In this document: positions 28,611-38,669 of the stretch, piece after piece | Numbering within the stretch: the first letter of the stretch is position 1 | Layout: every line of letters starts with the position of its first letter | NCBI GenBank assembly: GCA_963835065.1 | Contig: CAWIEK010000048.1 | Span: 1 to 64,000 of the forward strand | DNA: 64,000 nucleotides | DNA from: an uncultured Chthonomonadaceae bacterium | GTDB lineage: Bacteria > Armatimonadota > Chthonomonadetes > Chthonomonadales > Chthonomonadaceae | Reading direction: 5' to 3' | The notes under the pieces: generated by a model | The model's input: the letters and a program-made list of their open reading frames with translations, nothing else | Databases searched by the model: none | Told to the model about the DNA's origin: nothing | Translations under genes and position numbers: made by a program

Positions 28611-29498
28611 TTACTGCAGCACCGCGATGTGCATTTCTTTGGGCACGTAGCCGATGCGGCGCAGCACTTTGAGAACCATCGCCAAATCGGTAGGTTGCTT
28701 GTCGATGGGATTATTGGCTTTGGCTTCGTGTCCAAATTCCAGCGTCAGGCCATCGAGTTCGACGTTGGCATTTGTCAGCGTCGGCATTTCCTTCAGGTCA
28801 TTATTCAGTGGGTTCGCATCGCTCCGGTCGCAAATCTTGCCGACGGCGCTTGTACACGTCGGGCAGCACAGGTGCGGCAGAACGATATGAAGATTGAAAT
28901 GGGGAACGTTGACGACCTTGAATGTTTCCACCGCCAACCCTTCCATTTCCATTTCCCGGGTGATTTTCATCAGGTCCGTGATATTGACCTGAGTGGGATC
29001 CATGTCGGCGATCACTTCACCGTAGTAGGTGGGCGCGGAATGGGGCTTAACGGTTTGCGCGTCCTGCTGCGATTGCAGGGGCTGCGCATCCTGCTGCGCG
29101 GGCAAGGATTGTGTCGGCGTGGGATCCATCGGCGCAGACTTCGCCGACGTGGACGGTGCTGTCATGGGCGACGTGGTCCCTATAGACGGCGAGGACATAG
29201 ATGCCATAGACGACATACCCGGCATGGAGGCCATGGGCGTATCCGAGGCCATGGGATCGTGTTTATACAGCATCGGGCTGGTGAGCCAGGGTTGATGCTT
29301 GATGGCCGTGAACACCGTTTCCGCGCAGCCCGTGCAGCATAAGTGGTTGAAGCCAAAGATAATCTGAGGCTTTGTGGCGGACCCGCTTCCGCTACTGCGT
29401 TCGGGATGGGTGTTGAATTTTTTGTCAATGACAATCAGCAGCAACGCCCATAGGAACGTCATAATCAGCACTTGCTGAGTGCGACCGAGACCAGGCAT
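28611..29498 (-). CDS. Membrane-anchored protein with two HLCCxxC heavy-metal-associated-like domains and a Met-rich linker
   Basis: HLCCTGC and HLCCPTC, each followed by an HMA-like LxxxGy end, with an N-terminal TM helix and GGAGG RBS. Confidence 0.65.
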   Translation of the reverse strand: MPGLGRTQQVLIMTFLWALLLIVIDKKFNTHPERSSGSGSATKPQIIFGFNHLCCTGCAETVFTAIKHQPWLTSPMLYKHDPMASDTPMASMPGMSSMASMSSPSIGTTSPMTAPSTSAKSAPMDPTPTQSLPAQQDAQPLQSQQDAQTVKPHSAPTYYGEVIADMDPTQVNITDLMKITREMEMEGLAVETFKVVNVPHFNLHIVLPHLCCPTCTSAVGKICDRSDANPLNNDLKEMPTLTNANVELDGLTLEFGHEAKANNPIDKQPTDLAMVLKVLRRIGYVPKEMHIAVLQ

Positions 29499-29660
29499 AG
29501 GTTTTCCTCCTGTGTGACAATGAGAGGGTTCTCATTTTGGACTGCAAATATGATTCCATAAATCCTACGCTTTTTCCTGTGACATATTCCATATTCTCAA
29601 AATAAAATCCTCCACACCCCGCTAGAGATAAAAATTACAGGCTCTGGCGGGGCAGGAGGA

Positions 29661-29778
29661 GGTTAGGGTTTTAGGGTTTTAGGGTCTAGGGTTTTAAGGT
29701 TTTAGGAAGCAGGATCAGAATACAAGATCACTGCACACAATTCCCATAACCTAACACCCTAAAACCCTAAAACCTACC
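29661..29778. repeat. (TTTTAGGG)n...(CCCTAAAA)n tandem-repeat palindrome
   Basis: Directly visible downstream of the DUF4397 gene stop. Confidence 0.85.
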
Positions 29779-30569
29779 TACGGGGAGTCCAGCACAAACT
29801 TGGCCGTCAGGGGCTGCGTGGAACCGGCTTCATTGGAACCGTAGACGAACAGCGTGTAGGGCAGGCTGCCCGCCAGATTGACGTTATTTAATTGCAGCAG
29901 CAGATTGTGGTTGTTGTCGCGGATGAAGATGGTATACACGCCTGCTGTCTGGACGACGTAGTTGTTGGTGTTGATGTTGGGCTGAATCTGTGTGCCGTTG
30001 TAGCCATAGGGATCACTGGCAATGAAAATCACTTCAGCGCCGTTCTGTACATCCGGGGAACTGCCGGTGACAAAAATGCTCGGAATGGATTGGGATGGCG
30101 ACAGGTTCAGGGTGCGGACGGCCACTTTGTCCGGGGGAAGGTTGCCCGGAATCTTGTCGTCAATGGCAATGATCTGCGGCACGTACGGACCACTGGTTTG
30201 GCCGATTTGCCCGATAGCGGCCAGGGTGTAGTTGGTTCCCGCCATCAGGGACAGCGTGTTCTGCGCAACGCTTTGCCCGCCCGCGCTGACATTGGTTCCC
30301 GTAACTTGCTTACTGGTCGTGACGGAATAGCTGGTGGCTGTTCCCAGCGCCACCGCTTGTTTGGTAAAGCCCGTGCTGTTGATGTCTACAGGCGTGTTAC
30401 CGGGGATGCCGAGTATGCCGTTGAAAGAGCGAACGCGGCTGGTGGTTGACGCAGGGAGATTTAACAGAGGATTGGTGCCATTGTCGTCGCCCCCACACCC
30501 GGTCAGGCCCAGTGCGAGCGCGGCGACACCGGCGCAAGCCGTATGAAGTACATAGCGGCGGGTATACAT
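29778..30569 (-). CDS. DUF4397-like lipoprotein (Tat-like TRR, lipobox LTGC)
   Basis: SRVRSFNG...LMAGTNYTLAAIG and VAVRTLNLSP...YTLFVYG form a duplicated beta-sandwich pattern. Confidence 0.7.
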   Translation of the reverse strand: MYTRRYVLHTACAGVAALALGLTGCGGDDNGTNPLLNLPASTTSRVRSFNGILGIPGNTPVDINSTGFTKQAVALGTATSYSVTTSKQVTGTNVSAGGQSVAQNTLSLMAGTNYTLAAIGQIGQTSGPYVPQIIAIDDKIPGNLPPDKVAVRTLNLSPSQSIPSIFVTGSSPDVQNGAEVIFIASDPYGYNGTQIQPNINTNNYVVQTAGVYTIFIRDNNHNLLLQLNNVNLAGSLPYTLFVYGSNEAGSTQPLTAKFVLDSP

Positions 30570-30681
30570 AGCGCGGTCTCCTGAGAGTCTATAGTTACGA
30601 GTTGATCGTTGATAGTTGCCGTTGTGCCAGGCAGAGCGCTGAAAATCGGCTATGCCTGGCACATCGTATTGCGAACGCCGA

Positions 30682-32136
30682 TTACAGCGTGAGCAGGAAG
30701 TTGATCAAATCCTGCTTGCTGGCTTCAGGCAGGTTGCTGAAGGCGAGGGCGGCGGGATGCGCTTCGCTGTCCGTGTCCGCGCCATAGTTATCGTGCCGGA
30801 GAATGGCTTCGCGCAAGGCGCTGGCCTGCGACTGGTTGGCCGTGACGCGCCCGTCGTGCAGGTGGGGCGGACCGACCAGGCCGATGCCCATGAGCGGCGC
30901 GGTGCGGAACTGGCGTCCATCCGCGCGTCCCTGCCCCGGCAGGGTGTTGTCGGCCAGGGCTGCGCCCATATCGTGCAGCAGGAAGTCGCCGAACGGATAA
31001 AAGCGCTTGTTGCTCAAGTGTTCGCCGCCCAGGCGAGCCGGCGACGCGCCCGTAATCATCATGGGCGTGTGGCAGCCCGCGCAGTTCAATTGCCGATCCT
31101 GCGCGATACCATGCGGCTGCGTGTAGTCCACGCCGAACAGGATGCGGCCGCGATCTTCGGAAGAGCCGGGCGCAAACGTGCCGCGCGCCGGGGGCGCGAT
31201 CAGGCGAATCAAGGTGCGCAGGTCGCGCAGATTGTTAGCCGTGAGTCCGGGCGAGGGAACCGGGGCGGGATTAGGCGTATTGTTGTTAGCGCTGGGCGTA
31301 AACGGACTGGTCAGGCCGATTTCGCCGTTTGTGCCGCCCGTATCGAACTGTTCCAGGGAGGGGCCTGCCGCGCGCAGACCAAAGCGGCCCAGGCGAACGA
31401 CGGGGCTGCCACCGATAAGCGCGGCGGCCTCGCTGGAGCGGTTTTCAAAGCCTTCGTGTCCCAGGCCATTAACGGACGGGTCTTTGAGCGCCAGGATCGC
31501 GGAATCCGGGATGCCTTCAATCAGGCCGCGCCCGATATAGGGCGGCGCGGCGCGCATACCCGTCACGCGCATATAGGGAGCGCCGGGCAGGGGGGGCATC
31601 TGCTGTGGCGGGAAGCCATCTACCTGATGGCGGTGGAAGACGGGACCGCCCGCGTCGGTGCGCGGATTGAAGTCGCCGGTAGCCGGGTTGAAGTCGCCGA
31701 AGATCGTAAAGGCGTCTTCCGTGCGGGCGCGCGAAACCGGCGTGGCCGGGTTGCCCGAACGCTGCGACATGTGGCAGCCCAGGCAGTTGCGCTGGTTGAA
31801 ATACGGGCCTTCGCCGTCGAACGCATCGGTTCGCTCGGCGGTGAACAGGTTCAGGCCACGCTGCACCGCGGCGCGCTCTTCAGCGGTAGCGCTGGGAAAG
31901 ACAAGGCCGTCTACGGAAAGCGTCCTGCCGAATTTTTCGCGCGGCATAAATTCCGCGTCAACCACTTTGGTGGGGTCGGTAGGCCCGGCCAGGCTGCTGA
32001 TGTCGGTATCGCCAATCGTGGACTGATTGTTGACGGCGCTGCCGCCGCCCTGACAGCCCACGACCGCCATTCCCATCACAACCGAAGTCAAGCCCAGCAG
32101 ACCGCCCCACAGCAGCTTCAAACGTGGGTGTTGCAT
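30682..32136 (-). CDS. Di-heme oxidoreductase family (DUF1111) lipoprotein
   Basis: GPYFNQRNCLGCH, PPYIGRGLIE, GRFGLRA, CAGCH, DFLLHDMG, RTAPLMG and LHDGR. Confidence 0.9.
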   Translation of the reverse strand: MQHPRLKLLWGGLLGLTSVVMGMAVVGCQGGGSAVNNQSTIGDTDISSLAGPTDPTKVVDAEFMPREKFGRTLSVDGLVFPSATAEERAAVQRGLNLFTAERTDAFDGEGPYFNQRNCLGCHMSQRSGNPATPVSRARTEDAFTIFGDFNPATGDFNPRTDAGGPVFHRHQVDGFPPQQMPPLPGAPYMRVTGMRAAPPYIGRGLIEGIPDSAILALKDPSVNGLGHEGFENRSSEAAALIGGSPVVRLGRFGLRAAGPSLEQFDTGGTNGEIGLTSPFTPSANNNTPNPAPVPSPGLTANNLRDLRTLIRLIAPPARGTFAPGSSEDRGRILFGVDYTQPHGIAQDRQLNCAGCHTPMMITGASPARLGGEHLSNKRFYPFGDFLLHDMGAALADNTLPGQGRADGRQFRTAPLMGIGLVGPPHLHDGRVTANQSQASALREAILRHDNYGADTDSEAHPAALAFSNLPEASKQDLINFLLTL

Positions 32137-32218
32137 TGTATTACTCCTCTTTCTTGCTTCTTAAACCTTGTGTTTAACGGCGAGTTTTCACTTCGCGTCT
32201 TAACTTTGGGGGAATGTG

Positions 32219-33691
32219 TTAGAACGAGCGCGATACGTCCACAAAGAGGCGATCCGTGCCGGTGGTTTTGGTCGGAGCGCCGTCAAAACTGTGGTACGCG
32301 ATGCGCAGCAGGGTATTGGACAGGAACCGGTAGGCAAATCCCAATTGATAGCCCCGGTAGTCCGTGCCCGCGCCCAGGTCGGAATCGGCAAAGGTTCCCA
32401 GGGTCGCGTCGGCAGATACTTCGCGGTACGTGAACCACGCGGTATACGCGCCCCGCGCCGCGCCGCCATTGGTTGCGCCGATTGTCAGGCCATAGCCTTC
32501 ATTGCCGACCCTCGCGGAAAAGTTGCGCAGGTAGTCCGCCGTGATGAACGGCTGCAATTTTGTTCCCTTGATGTGCGGCAGCAACTGTCCTGTCAGGTGC
32601 AGAATGTCGAACGTGTTGCCGGCGAAGCCAAAGGCGTTGCCATAAGTGTAGTGGTTGTTGGTGGCCTGTACGCCGTTGTTGCGCAGCAGAAAAGCGTTCT
32701 GCGCGGTGGACGTGTCAATGCCGAAGCCGGGAATATAGGTTGGAACCAGCAGGCCGGAGTTCAGGTTGTCGTACACCGTGTAGTTGATGGCGCCGCGAAA
32801 CACGCCCGCATCCACTTTTAACTGGTTGACAAAGGCATAGGTGTCCGTCGTCAGGCCGGCAAAGCGCTGGCGCTGCGGAATGTTGATGGTAAAGAAGGCA
32901 GGCGTAAACACCAGTCCGATAGTGGAATTGTTTTTGGTGAGCGGAAGCCGCAGGGCGATGCCTTCGGGAGCCACGTCATGGTCCCATTCGATTTCATCGT
33001 CCCAGTTGCCGATTTCCGCGCGCCAGATCGGGTTGTCCATCTTGCCGATAGTAAGGGAGGGCGTATTGAACTTGGCCTTGTCGCCGAAGTAGTAGTTCAG
33101 GAAGGCGCGTCCCAAATTGAAGCTTTTGCTGCGGAAGGCATCGCCAAGCGTTACAAAAGGCACTCCGGGGCTTGGGTTCAGTCCCGTTGTGATCTGGAAG
33201 CCACCTTCGGAGCGGTCACTCAGGGGAGCGCCAAAGTTCAGGCGCACCCGTTCGCGGAACGACCCCTGATCCCCAACGGGAATCAAGCCGGTTTGCAGGC
33301 TTCGGGTGGTGGTGTTATCGTAGCGGAACGTAATGTCGCCGCCGATAATAACGGGAGGCTTGTTGCCTGGCGGCGGCGCGGTCTGTCGATCCGGGCGCAC
33401 CACCTGCGGCCCGGTCGCGTTCGGGTTCGGACCATTCGGCCCGGCATTGGGCTGGGTTGTGCCTGCGCCACCGGGTTGTTTGGCATTGAGCGCGTTTTGC
33501 AGGTCAGAAATGGTTTTCTTGTCGGCAGCCTGCGCGTCTTTAAGGCGCTGCTGTTCCTTGAGCAGGGCCTGCACCTGCTCTTCCAGTTTCTTGAGGCGGT
33601 CTCCGTCGGTGTCCTGGGCGCGGGCGGCGCCGCCGACAAAAAGCAGTCCGGCGAGTCCCAAAAGGGCGATCCGGCTCTGTTTCATGCGCAT
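32219..33691 (-). CDS. Putative outer-membrane porin (Porin_5-like) with N-terminal coiled coil
   Basis: Signal peptide, coiled coil, GDITFRY, RERVRL, IGKMDNP, WDHDVAPEG, DATLGTFADSD and a terminal Phe. Confidence 0.8.
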   Translation of the reverse strand: MRMKQSRIALLGLAGLLFVGGAARAQDTDGDRLKKLEEQVQALLKEQQRLKDAQAADKKTISDLQNALNAKQPGGAGTTQPNAGPNGPNPNATGPQVVRPDRQTAPPPGNKPPVIIGGDITFRYDNTTTRSLQTGLIPVGDQGSFRERVRLNFGAPLSDRSEGGFQITTGLNPSPGVPFVTLGDAFRSKSFNLGRAFLNYYFGDKAKFNTPSLTIGKMDNPIWRAEIGNWDDEIEWDHDVAPEGIALRLPLTKNNSTIGLVFTPAFFTINIPQRQRFAGLTTDTYAFVNQLKVDAGVFRGAINYTVYDNLNSGLLVPTYIPGFGIDTSTAQNAFLLRNNGVQATNNHYTYGNAFGFAGNTFDILHLTGQLLPHIKGTKLQPFITADYLRNFSARVGNEGYGLTIGATNGGAARGAYTAWFTYREVSADATLGTFADSDLGAGTDYRGYQLGFAYRFLSNTLLRIAYHSFDGAPTKTTGTDRLFVDVSRSF

Positions 33692-33947
33692 TCTCCTTAA
33701 AATGGGGTGTCCGTCTGAGTGGCGTCATAATGCGCCGCGCGGACTTTGGGTTTGCGTGCGGAAAAGGAAATGGGGTGTTACCAAACTGCGCTGCGAGGCG
33801 CATGAAGTATCGAACTCTATTATGACAAACATTTTTGCGTTTGTCACGCGCTAAACGAGGATATAAAGAATTATTTACGAAAAATTTGTTCCCGACGCTA
33901 AATTTCTTTTGATTGGCAGGTGCGGATATATCGAACGGACTACCATT

Positions 33948-35405
33948 TCACGCGCTTTTAGTCAGCGGAAGCCGCGACTGAGTTTGCGTCAGGTAGGTGT
34001 CTACATTGTGAGCGGCTTCGCGGCCTTCGGCAATGGCCCACACAATCAGGGATTGACCGCGCCGCATGTCGCCGCAGGCATACACGCCCGGTATGCTGGA
34101 AGCGTACTCCCGATTTGTTTTCACATTGCCGCGTCCATCGAATTCCACGCCCACATCGGCAAGCAGCCCTTCCTGCTGCGGATGCACGAAGCCCAGGGCA
34201 AGTAATACCATGTCGGCATCAATGGCAAACTCGGAGCCGGATACGGGTTCCATTTTACGCCGCCCGGTTGTATCGGGCTGTCCCCATTCGACCCGCACAC
34301 CATGAAGCTGCGCGACTTTGCCGTTTTCGCCGCTGAAATGCGTGGTGTGGATGCTCCAATCGCGCTGCCCGCCTTCTTCATGCGCGGCGGATGTACGCAA
34401 AATCATCGGGTAATGCGGCCAGGGCATGGTTTCATCGCGCTCATTGGGCGGCTTGGGCATGATTTCAAACTGGTACACTTCCGAAGCCCCCTGCCGAATT
34501 ACGGTTCCCAGGCAGTCCGCGCCCGTATCGCCGCCGCCCAGGATAACCACTTTTTTGCCTTCGGCTGTCAGCTGCGGCTTGTCCGGCAGCCAGTCGCCCG
34601 CCACTTTTTTATTTTGCTGCGGCAAAAAGTCCATCGCAAAGTGGATACCGTCAAGTTCGCGGCCTGCGACGGCCAGGTCGCGGGGCTTGGTGGAACCGCC
34701 CGCAAGGACAATGGCATCGAACTGCGCCTGCAATTGCGCCGCTGTGATGTCTACGCCCACATTGGTATTGGCCCGAAATTGGACACCTTCCGCTTCCATC
34801 TGCTTCAAGCGACGGTCCAGCACCCATTTTTCCATTTTGAAGTCGGGAATGCCGTAGCGCAACAGCCCGCCGATCTTGTCATCGCGCTCAAAAACGGTGA
34901 CGGTATGCCCGGCGCGGTTCAATTGCTGCGCGGCGGCCAGTCCCGCCGGCCCGGAGCCAACGACGGCAACGGTTTTGCCGGTGCGCTGCGCGGGCGCTTC
35001 GGGTTCGATCCAGCCTTCCGCCCACCCGCGCATTGCCAATGATTCTTCAATACGCCGAATGGTTACCGGTTCCTGATTGATGCCCAACACGCAGGCGGAC
35101 TCGCACGGCGCGGGGCACAGCTTCCCGGTAAATTCGGGAAAATTGTTGGTGGCGTGGAGTTCGTCCAGGGCTTCGCGCCATTTACCCCGGTAAGTTAAAT
35201 CGTTCCAATCGGGAATGATGTTGCCGAGCGGGCAGCCCTGATGACAGAAAGGAATTCCGCAGTCCATGCAGCGCGCGGCCTGTTTACGAAGTTTTTCGTC
35301 GGGAAACTCCTGATACAGTTCGATCCAATCGTGGGTTCGCTCCGCAACCGCCCGGCGGGTCGGCAACTCGCGCCCATATTTCAAAAAGCCTTTCGGGTCT
35401 GCCAT
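33948..35405 (-). CDS. gltD: Glutamate synthase small subunit
   Basis: RCMDCGIPFC, NNFPEFTG, GSGPAG, GGGDTGADC and GDMRRGQSL. Confidence 0.97.
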   Translation of the reverse strand: MADPKGFLKYGRELPTRRAVAERTHDWIELYQEFPDEKLRKQAARCMDCGIPFCHQGCPLGNIIPDWNDLTYRGKWREALDELHATNNFPEFTGKLCPAPCESACVLGINQEPVTIRRIEESLAMRGWAEGWIEPEAPAQRTGKTVAVVGSGPAGLAAAQQLNRAGHTVTVFERDDKIGGLLRYGIPDFKMEKWVLDRRLKQMEAEGVQFRANTNVGVDITAAQLQAQFDAIVLAGGSTKPRDLAVAGRELDGIHFAMDFLPQQNKKVAGDWLPDKPQLTAEGKKVVILGGGDTGADCLGTVIRQGASEVYQFEIMPKPPNERDETMPWPHYPMILRTSAAHEEGGQRDWSIHTTHFSGENGKVAQLHGVRVEWGQPDTTGRRKMEPVSGSEFAIDADMVLLALGFVHPQQEGLLADVGVEFDGRGNVKTNREYASSIPGVYACGDMRRGQSLIVWAIAEGREAAHNVDTYLTQTQSRLPLTKSA

Positions 35406-35462
35406 GCGTTTTTCAGGGTTCCTCTATCGCGTGTCTCTGTTGTCGAATAGTATTGCAGGCGT

Positions 35463-35490
35463 AAAATGGGCGCAACGAATTGCGCCCATG
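35463..35490 (-). terminator. Probable intrinsic terminator
   Basis: ATGGGCGCAA/TTGCGCCCAT hairpin with a T-run on the minus strand, downstream of the 35544..36191 gene. Confidence 0.5.
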
Positions 35491-35543
35491 CGAAGTTACA
35501 GCAACGTGTAGTGTTAATGATACCTCAAGCGGAGGAAAGTTGG

Positions 35544-36191
35544 TCATTTAAGGTTGGCAATCAGGTCTTCCAGCGCCTTTTTATTGCGCTCCGAGGCGAA
35601 GGGTTTGTTGGGGTCCGGCTGTGCCCCGCCGCCCATGCCGCCCCCGCTTCCACCCATGCCGCCGGGACTGCCCCCACTCATGGGAGCGCCGCCACTGCCG
35701 CCCATGCCTCCACCTCCGCCACCGCCACCGCGCCCGCCGCGCTGCGGGGTCAGGTCGGCAAGCGCCTGTTGCTGGTCAGCGGTCAGCACTTTCTTCACCG
35801 CGTCCAGTTTGGCGGTCGCTTCGGCTTCGGGCAGCGTATCCGCTTTCTGAATGTCTTCCATCAGGGGCAGCAGTTGTTTTTTCTGCTCCGGCGTCAGTCC
35901 CTTGTTCTGGACTTTTTCGACCGTGTTCAGGCTGGACACCAGACGGGTCAGGTCACGTCCCGGATTGGGCGCTCCGCCGCCACCGGGTCCGCCGGCTCCG
36001 CGCCCGCCACCGCCTGGCGCTCCACCGCCGCCCGGACCTCCCGGTGCCGCTGCGCTTGCTCCCGCAGCCGCCGAACCGTGCTGCATCTGCGCATCGCGCG
36101 TCAGGAAGCCCATTGCGCCGCCCAGGGCCAGGCAGATCAGGCCGGACGCGACGGCTGTAGGAACGTTGGGACCTTTCTTAATCATGGTCAT
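35544..36191 (-). CDS. Gly-rich membrane-anchored protein with LTxxQ motifs (Spy/CpxP-like)
   Basis: N-terminal TM helix, LTPEQ and LTADQ motifs, Gly/Met tracts and AAGGAG RBS. Confidence 0.7.
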   Translation of the reverse strand: MTMIKKGPNVPTAVASGLICLALGGAMGFLTRDAQMQHGSAAAGASAAAPGGPGGGGAPGGGGRGAGGPGGGGAPNPGRDLTRLVSSLNTVEKVQNKGLTPEQKKQLLPLMEDIQKADTLPEAEATAKLDAVKKVLTADQQQALADLTPQRGGRGGGGGGGGMGGSGGAPMSGGSPGGMGGSGGGMGGGAQPDPNKPFASERNKKALEDLIANLK

Positions 36192-36287
36192 TCTCCTTTG
36201 AAACAGAACAAGAGCAGGGATAAACGTGTTACGGCAAGGAAGTTCGGCATCGTATTGGGATTTCCCTTCCTAACACCGCCCACATAT

Positions 36288-36459
36288 TTGTCTTGAACCA
36301 TGATTTTCAGGATTTTGATGATTACCATGACTGCGGAGGCGCGTTCCTGATGGTTTTCCTGCCAATCCCAGAATTTCTGCCATGATTTTATCGCGCGGTT
36401 AAAATTGCGCGCTGAAATCATGTTAATCCTAAAATCCTGAACATCATGGTTCAAGACAA
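36288..36459. repeat. Nonamer-repeat palindrome (TTGTCTTGAACCATGAT...ATCATGGTTCAAGACAA)
   Basis: The outer 17 bp are perfectly inverted, with degenerate GATT/AATC units inside. It overlaps the stop codon of the UDG-like gene. Confidence 0.85.
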
Positions 36460-37211
36460 GTCCGCCACTCGGCAACGGCCTGTTTATGTTCGGACAGGCG
36501 TTCGGCAAACATTTGCTTGCGCTGCGCGTTGCCCGGCCCGGCGGAAGGGTGTGGCAGGCTGAGAACGAGACGGTCATGGACGCGCAGTTTGTCCAGCAAC
36601 AGTGTTTGCAGGGCGTCCGAAACGCTGCGCCCCAACAGGACAATCAGCGCTTTGCCGATGTGCTGTAGTTCTTCCGGCAGGATGTGTTCAATATGATAGC
36701 GCAAAATGGGCGTTTTCAGCATGTCCGGCGCATACCCGGAATAGTTGCCGCCATTGACGAAAACGGGGTAGCGGATCGCGGCAGACGAGTGCAGCAAATG
36801 CGCGTGGGTGTCGAACAGGGCGGCGGCGGAAGGAGCGCCAATCACATCCGGCACGTTCAGAGCAGCCAGCATGGCAATCAAATTGACGCGGGTTTGCCCC
36901 ACCCACTGCGCCCGCCGTTTCGCCCGTTCCTGTGTTTCCGCGTGTTCTGCTCCCGCCAACAGACAATCGCGGGCTTCCTGATACGCAAGCTGCATGGGCG
37001 CGAAGCCGGGGCAGATACCGATGAGAACCACTTTCGCGCCCGTGTTCACCACGTCAATGGGCGAGTAGTAGATTTCCAGCAGCCCCGCCCGCGTTGTTTC
37101 CTGATGCAGGCGGAATTGCGGCAGCAGCAAGTCGGCTTTGGTCAGTGGCCTGTGGGCGGGCAGAGCGGCGATAGCGGACGCGTAGTGTTCAAAACGGTTG
37201 CCGAGTATCAT
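36444..37211 (-). CDS. Uracil-DNA glycosylase superfamily-like protein
   Basis: AKVVLIGICPG, RYPVF..NY.G, IVLLG and LPHPS motifs. Confidence 0.7.
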   Translation of the reverse strand: MILGNRFEHYASAIAALPAHRPLTKADLLLPQFRLHQETTRAGLLEIYYSPIDVVNTGAKVVLIGICPGFAPMQLAYQEARDCLLAGAEHAETQERAKRRAQWVGQTRVNLIAMLAALNVPDVIGAPSAAALFDTHAHLLHSSAAIRYPVFVNGGNYSGYAPDMLKTPILRYHIEHILPEELQHIGKALIVLLGRSVSDALQTLLLDKLRVHDRLVLSLPHPSAGPGNAQRKQMFAERLSEHKQAVAEWRTCLEP

Positions 37212-37240
37212 AAACCTGCTTTAGCGACTGCTTACCGAGT

Positions 37241-37290
37241 CCGCGAGATAAATCTCGCGGCTGTGATAACAAAGTCCGCCTGCGCGGACT
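37241..37290. repeat. REP-like element (AGTCCGC-CT-GCGCGGACT), copy 1
   Basis: 37256-37290 matches 38111-38145 at 34/35 nt and is preceded by the CCGCGAGATAAATCTCGCGG palindrome. Confidence 0.8.
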
Positions 37291-37318
37291 ACAGCCGTTA
37301 ATTGTGTATCTTGCAGAA

Positions 37319-38038
37319 CTAACTTGCAGACGCATCAACGGCTTTTTCCGCCAGCATCGCTAATGTTCGCAAGTCCGGCACTTCCAGATCGGGCTGCGCG
37401 TCGGCAAGTGGGGTTGCACCCGCGCCCGCTTTGCCTTGCCGCCGGTTGACCCACACAGTAGCGATGCCGAGCGAACGGGCGGGCGCAATATCGTGGTACA
37501 AACTTTGCGCCACGTGCAAGACCTGCTCTTTCGGAACGCCGACATGCGAAAGCATAAATTCAAAGTTGCGCAGGGACGGCTTGTAACTGCCGATTTGCTC
37601 CGCCGTCATCACCTTATCAAAGGAAACCTGCAAATGCGCGGCGGAAACCGCGAACAGATCATCATCCACATTGGTCAGGGGCATGAGTTTGTAGTGTTGA
37701 TGCAGCGAACGCAGCGCGGCAACCGTGTCCGGGAACGGCTTCCAGCCGTCAAACGTGTCAATCAGAACGTCGCGCTCCAACTGCGCATCAAACCCGAACG
37801 CCACCCCAAACTGCTCTGCAACCTCGCGTAAAATATCTTTGTACTTCCGAAACGCTCCCGCTTCGGCCTGCGCTTCATAGCGTCCATAATGCTCCAGAAC
37901 AGCCTCGTCCGTAAGCGTCACGCCCTGCCGCGCCAGAAGGGGCCGCAGTCCCGCCAAAATCCCCGCTTCCCAATCCACCAGCGTTCCATAGCAGTCAAAC
38001 GTCAACACCTTAAATTGTCGCAGGTTCAGAGCTGTCAT
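37319..38038 (-). CDS. Haloacid dehalogenase type II (HAD superfamily)
   Basis: TFDCYGTLVDWE, LTNVDDD, SYKPS and HVAQSLYHD. Confidence 0.93.
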   Translation of the reverse strand: MTALNLRQFKVLTFDCYGTLVDWEAGILAGLRPLLARQGVTLTDEAVLEHYGRYEAQAEAGAFRKYKDILREVAEQFGVAFGFDAQLERDVLIDTFDGWKPFPDTVAALRSLHQHYKLMPLTNVDDDLFAVSAAHLQVSFDKVMTAEQIGSYKPSLRNFEFMLSHVGVPKEQVLHVAQSLYHDIAPARSLGIATVWVNRRQGKAGAGATPLADAQPDLEVPDLRTLAMLAEKAVDASAS

Positions 38039-38110
38039 GCTTTTGTGGTTTCCATGCGATTGGCGTCCATGCAAAGCAAGCGTCCGTGCAATAATATTTT
38101 AATCTTTTTG

Positions 38111-38145
38111 CGCGGCTGTGATAACGAAGTCCGCCTGCGCGGACT
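38111..38145. repeat. REP-like element, copy 2
   Basis: Direct repeat of 37256-37290. Confidence 0.8.
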
Positions 38146-38669
38146 GACGTTGCAACGCTTTTGTTGACTTATATTGCCACTATATTCAACTGCGCTAACC
38201 CGCCTGATTTTGCCGCCAAGAGGTCTGAGTAGGCTGCTCGTCCTCAACCCACCATGCTTCTCCTGTCAGGTCATCCACCCATACGTGAATAGGTTCAGGG
38301 AAAACTTCCATGCCTGAAGGAAGCCAGCTAAAGTCCGGCCAGAAATCAACCCGCCATGCTGCCCGGTTTTCCTGCGTTCTGCGCGCCAAAATAAATTTTC
38401 ATCTTGCCCGTAGCCTCCACCCAAGTTTACTTCCGACATTGGCACAGGGCAGAGTTTTGCCAGGTTTTCCCAAGTCTGCTTCAGGCTCCTGACTCATGAT
38501 CCATGTTCCTTTGCTCTGGCAAGCAATTGAGAGTTGCGAGTCTTGTTTATCAGTGTGTCTTAATGGTGTAGTGCATCTTTTTCCTCCCGCAAACTGTTCT
38601 CGCTTCGGCCTGAAGCGGAACATTCTTGATCAGAATACTCGCTTCCATGCGCTGACGACAGAAAGCTGG

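Noticed and set aside
29661..29778. TTTAGGG repeats as telomeric or eukaryotic contamination
   Set aside because: They form a short intergenic inverted pair with the same architecture as the other bacterial repeat palindromes here.
38195..38497. Short minus-strand reading frame with an in-frame TGA at about 38399
   Set aside because: No recognisable family. It may be a decayed gene, but the evidence is too weak to call.
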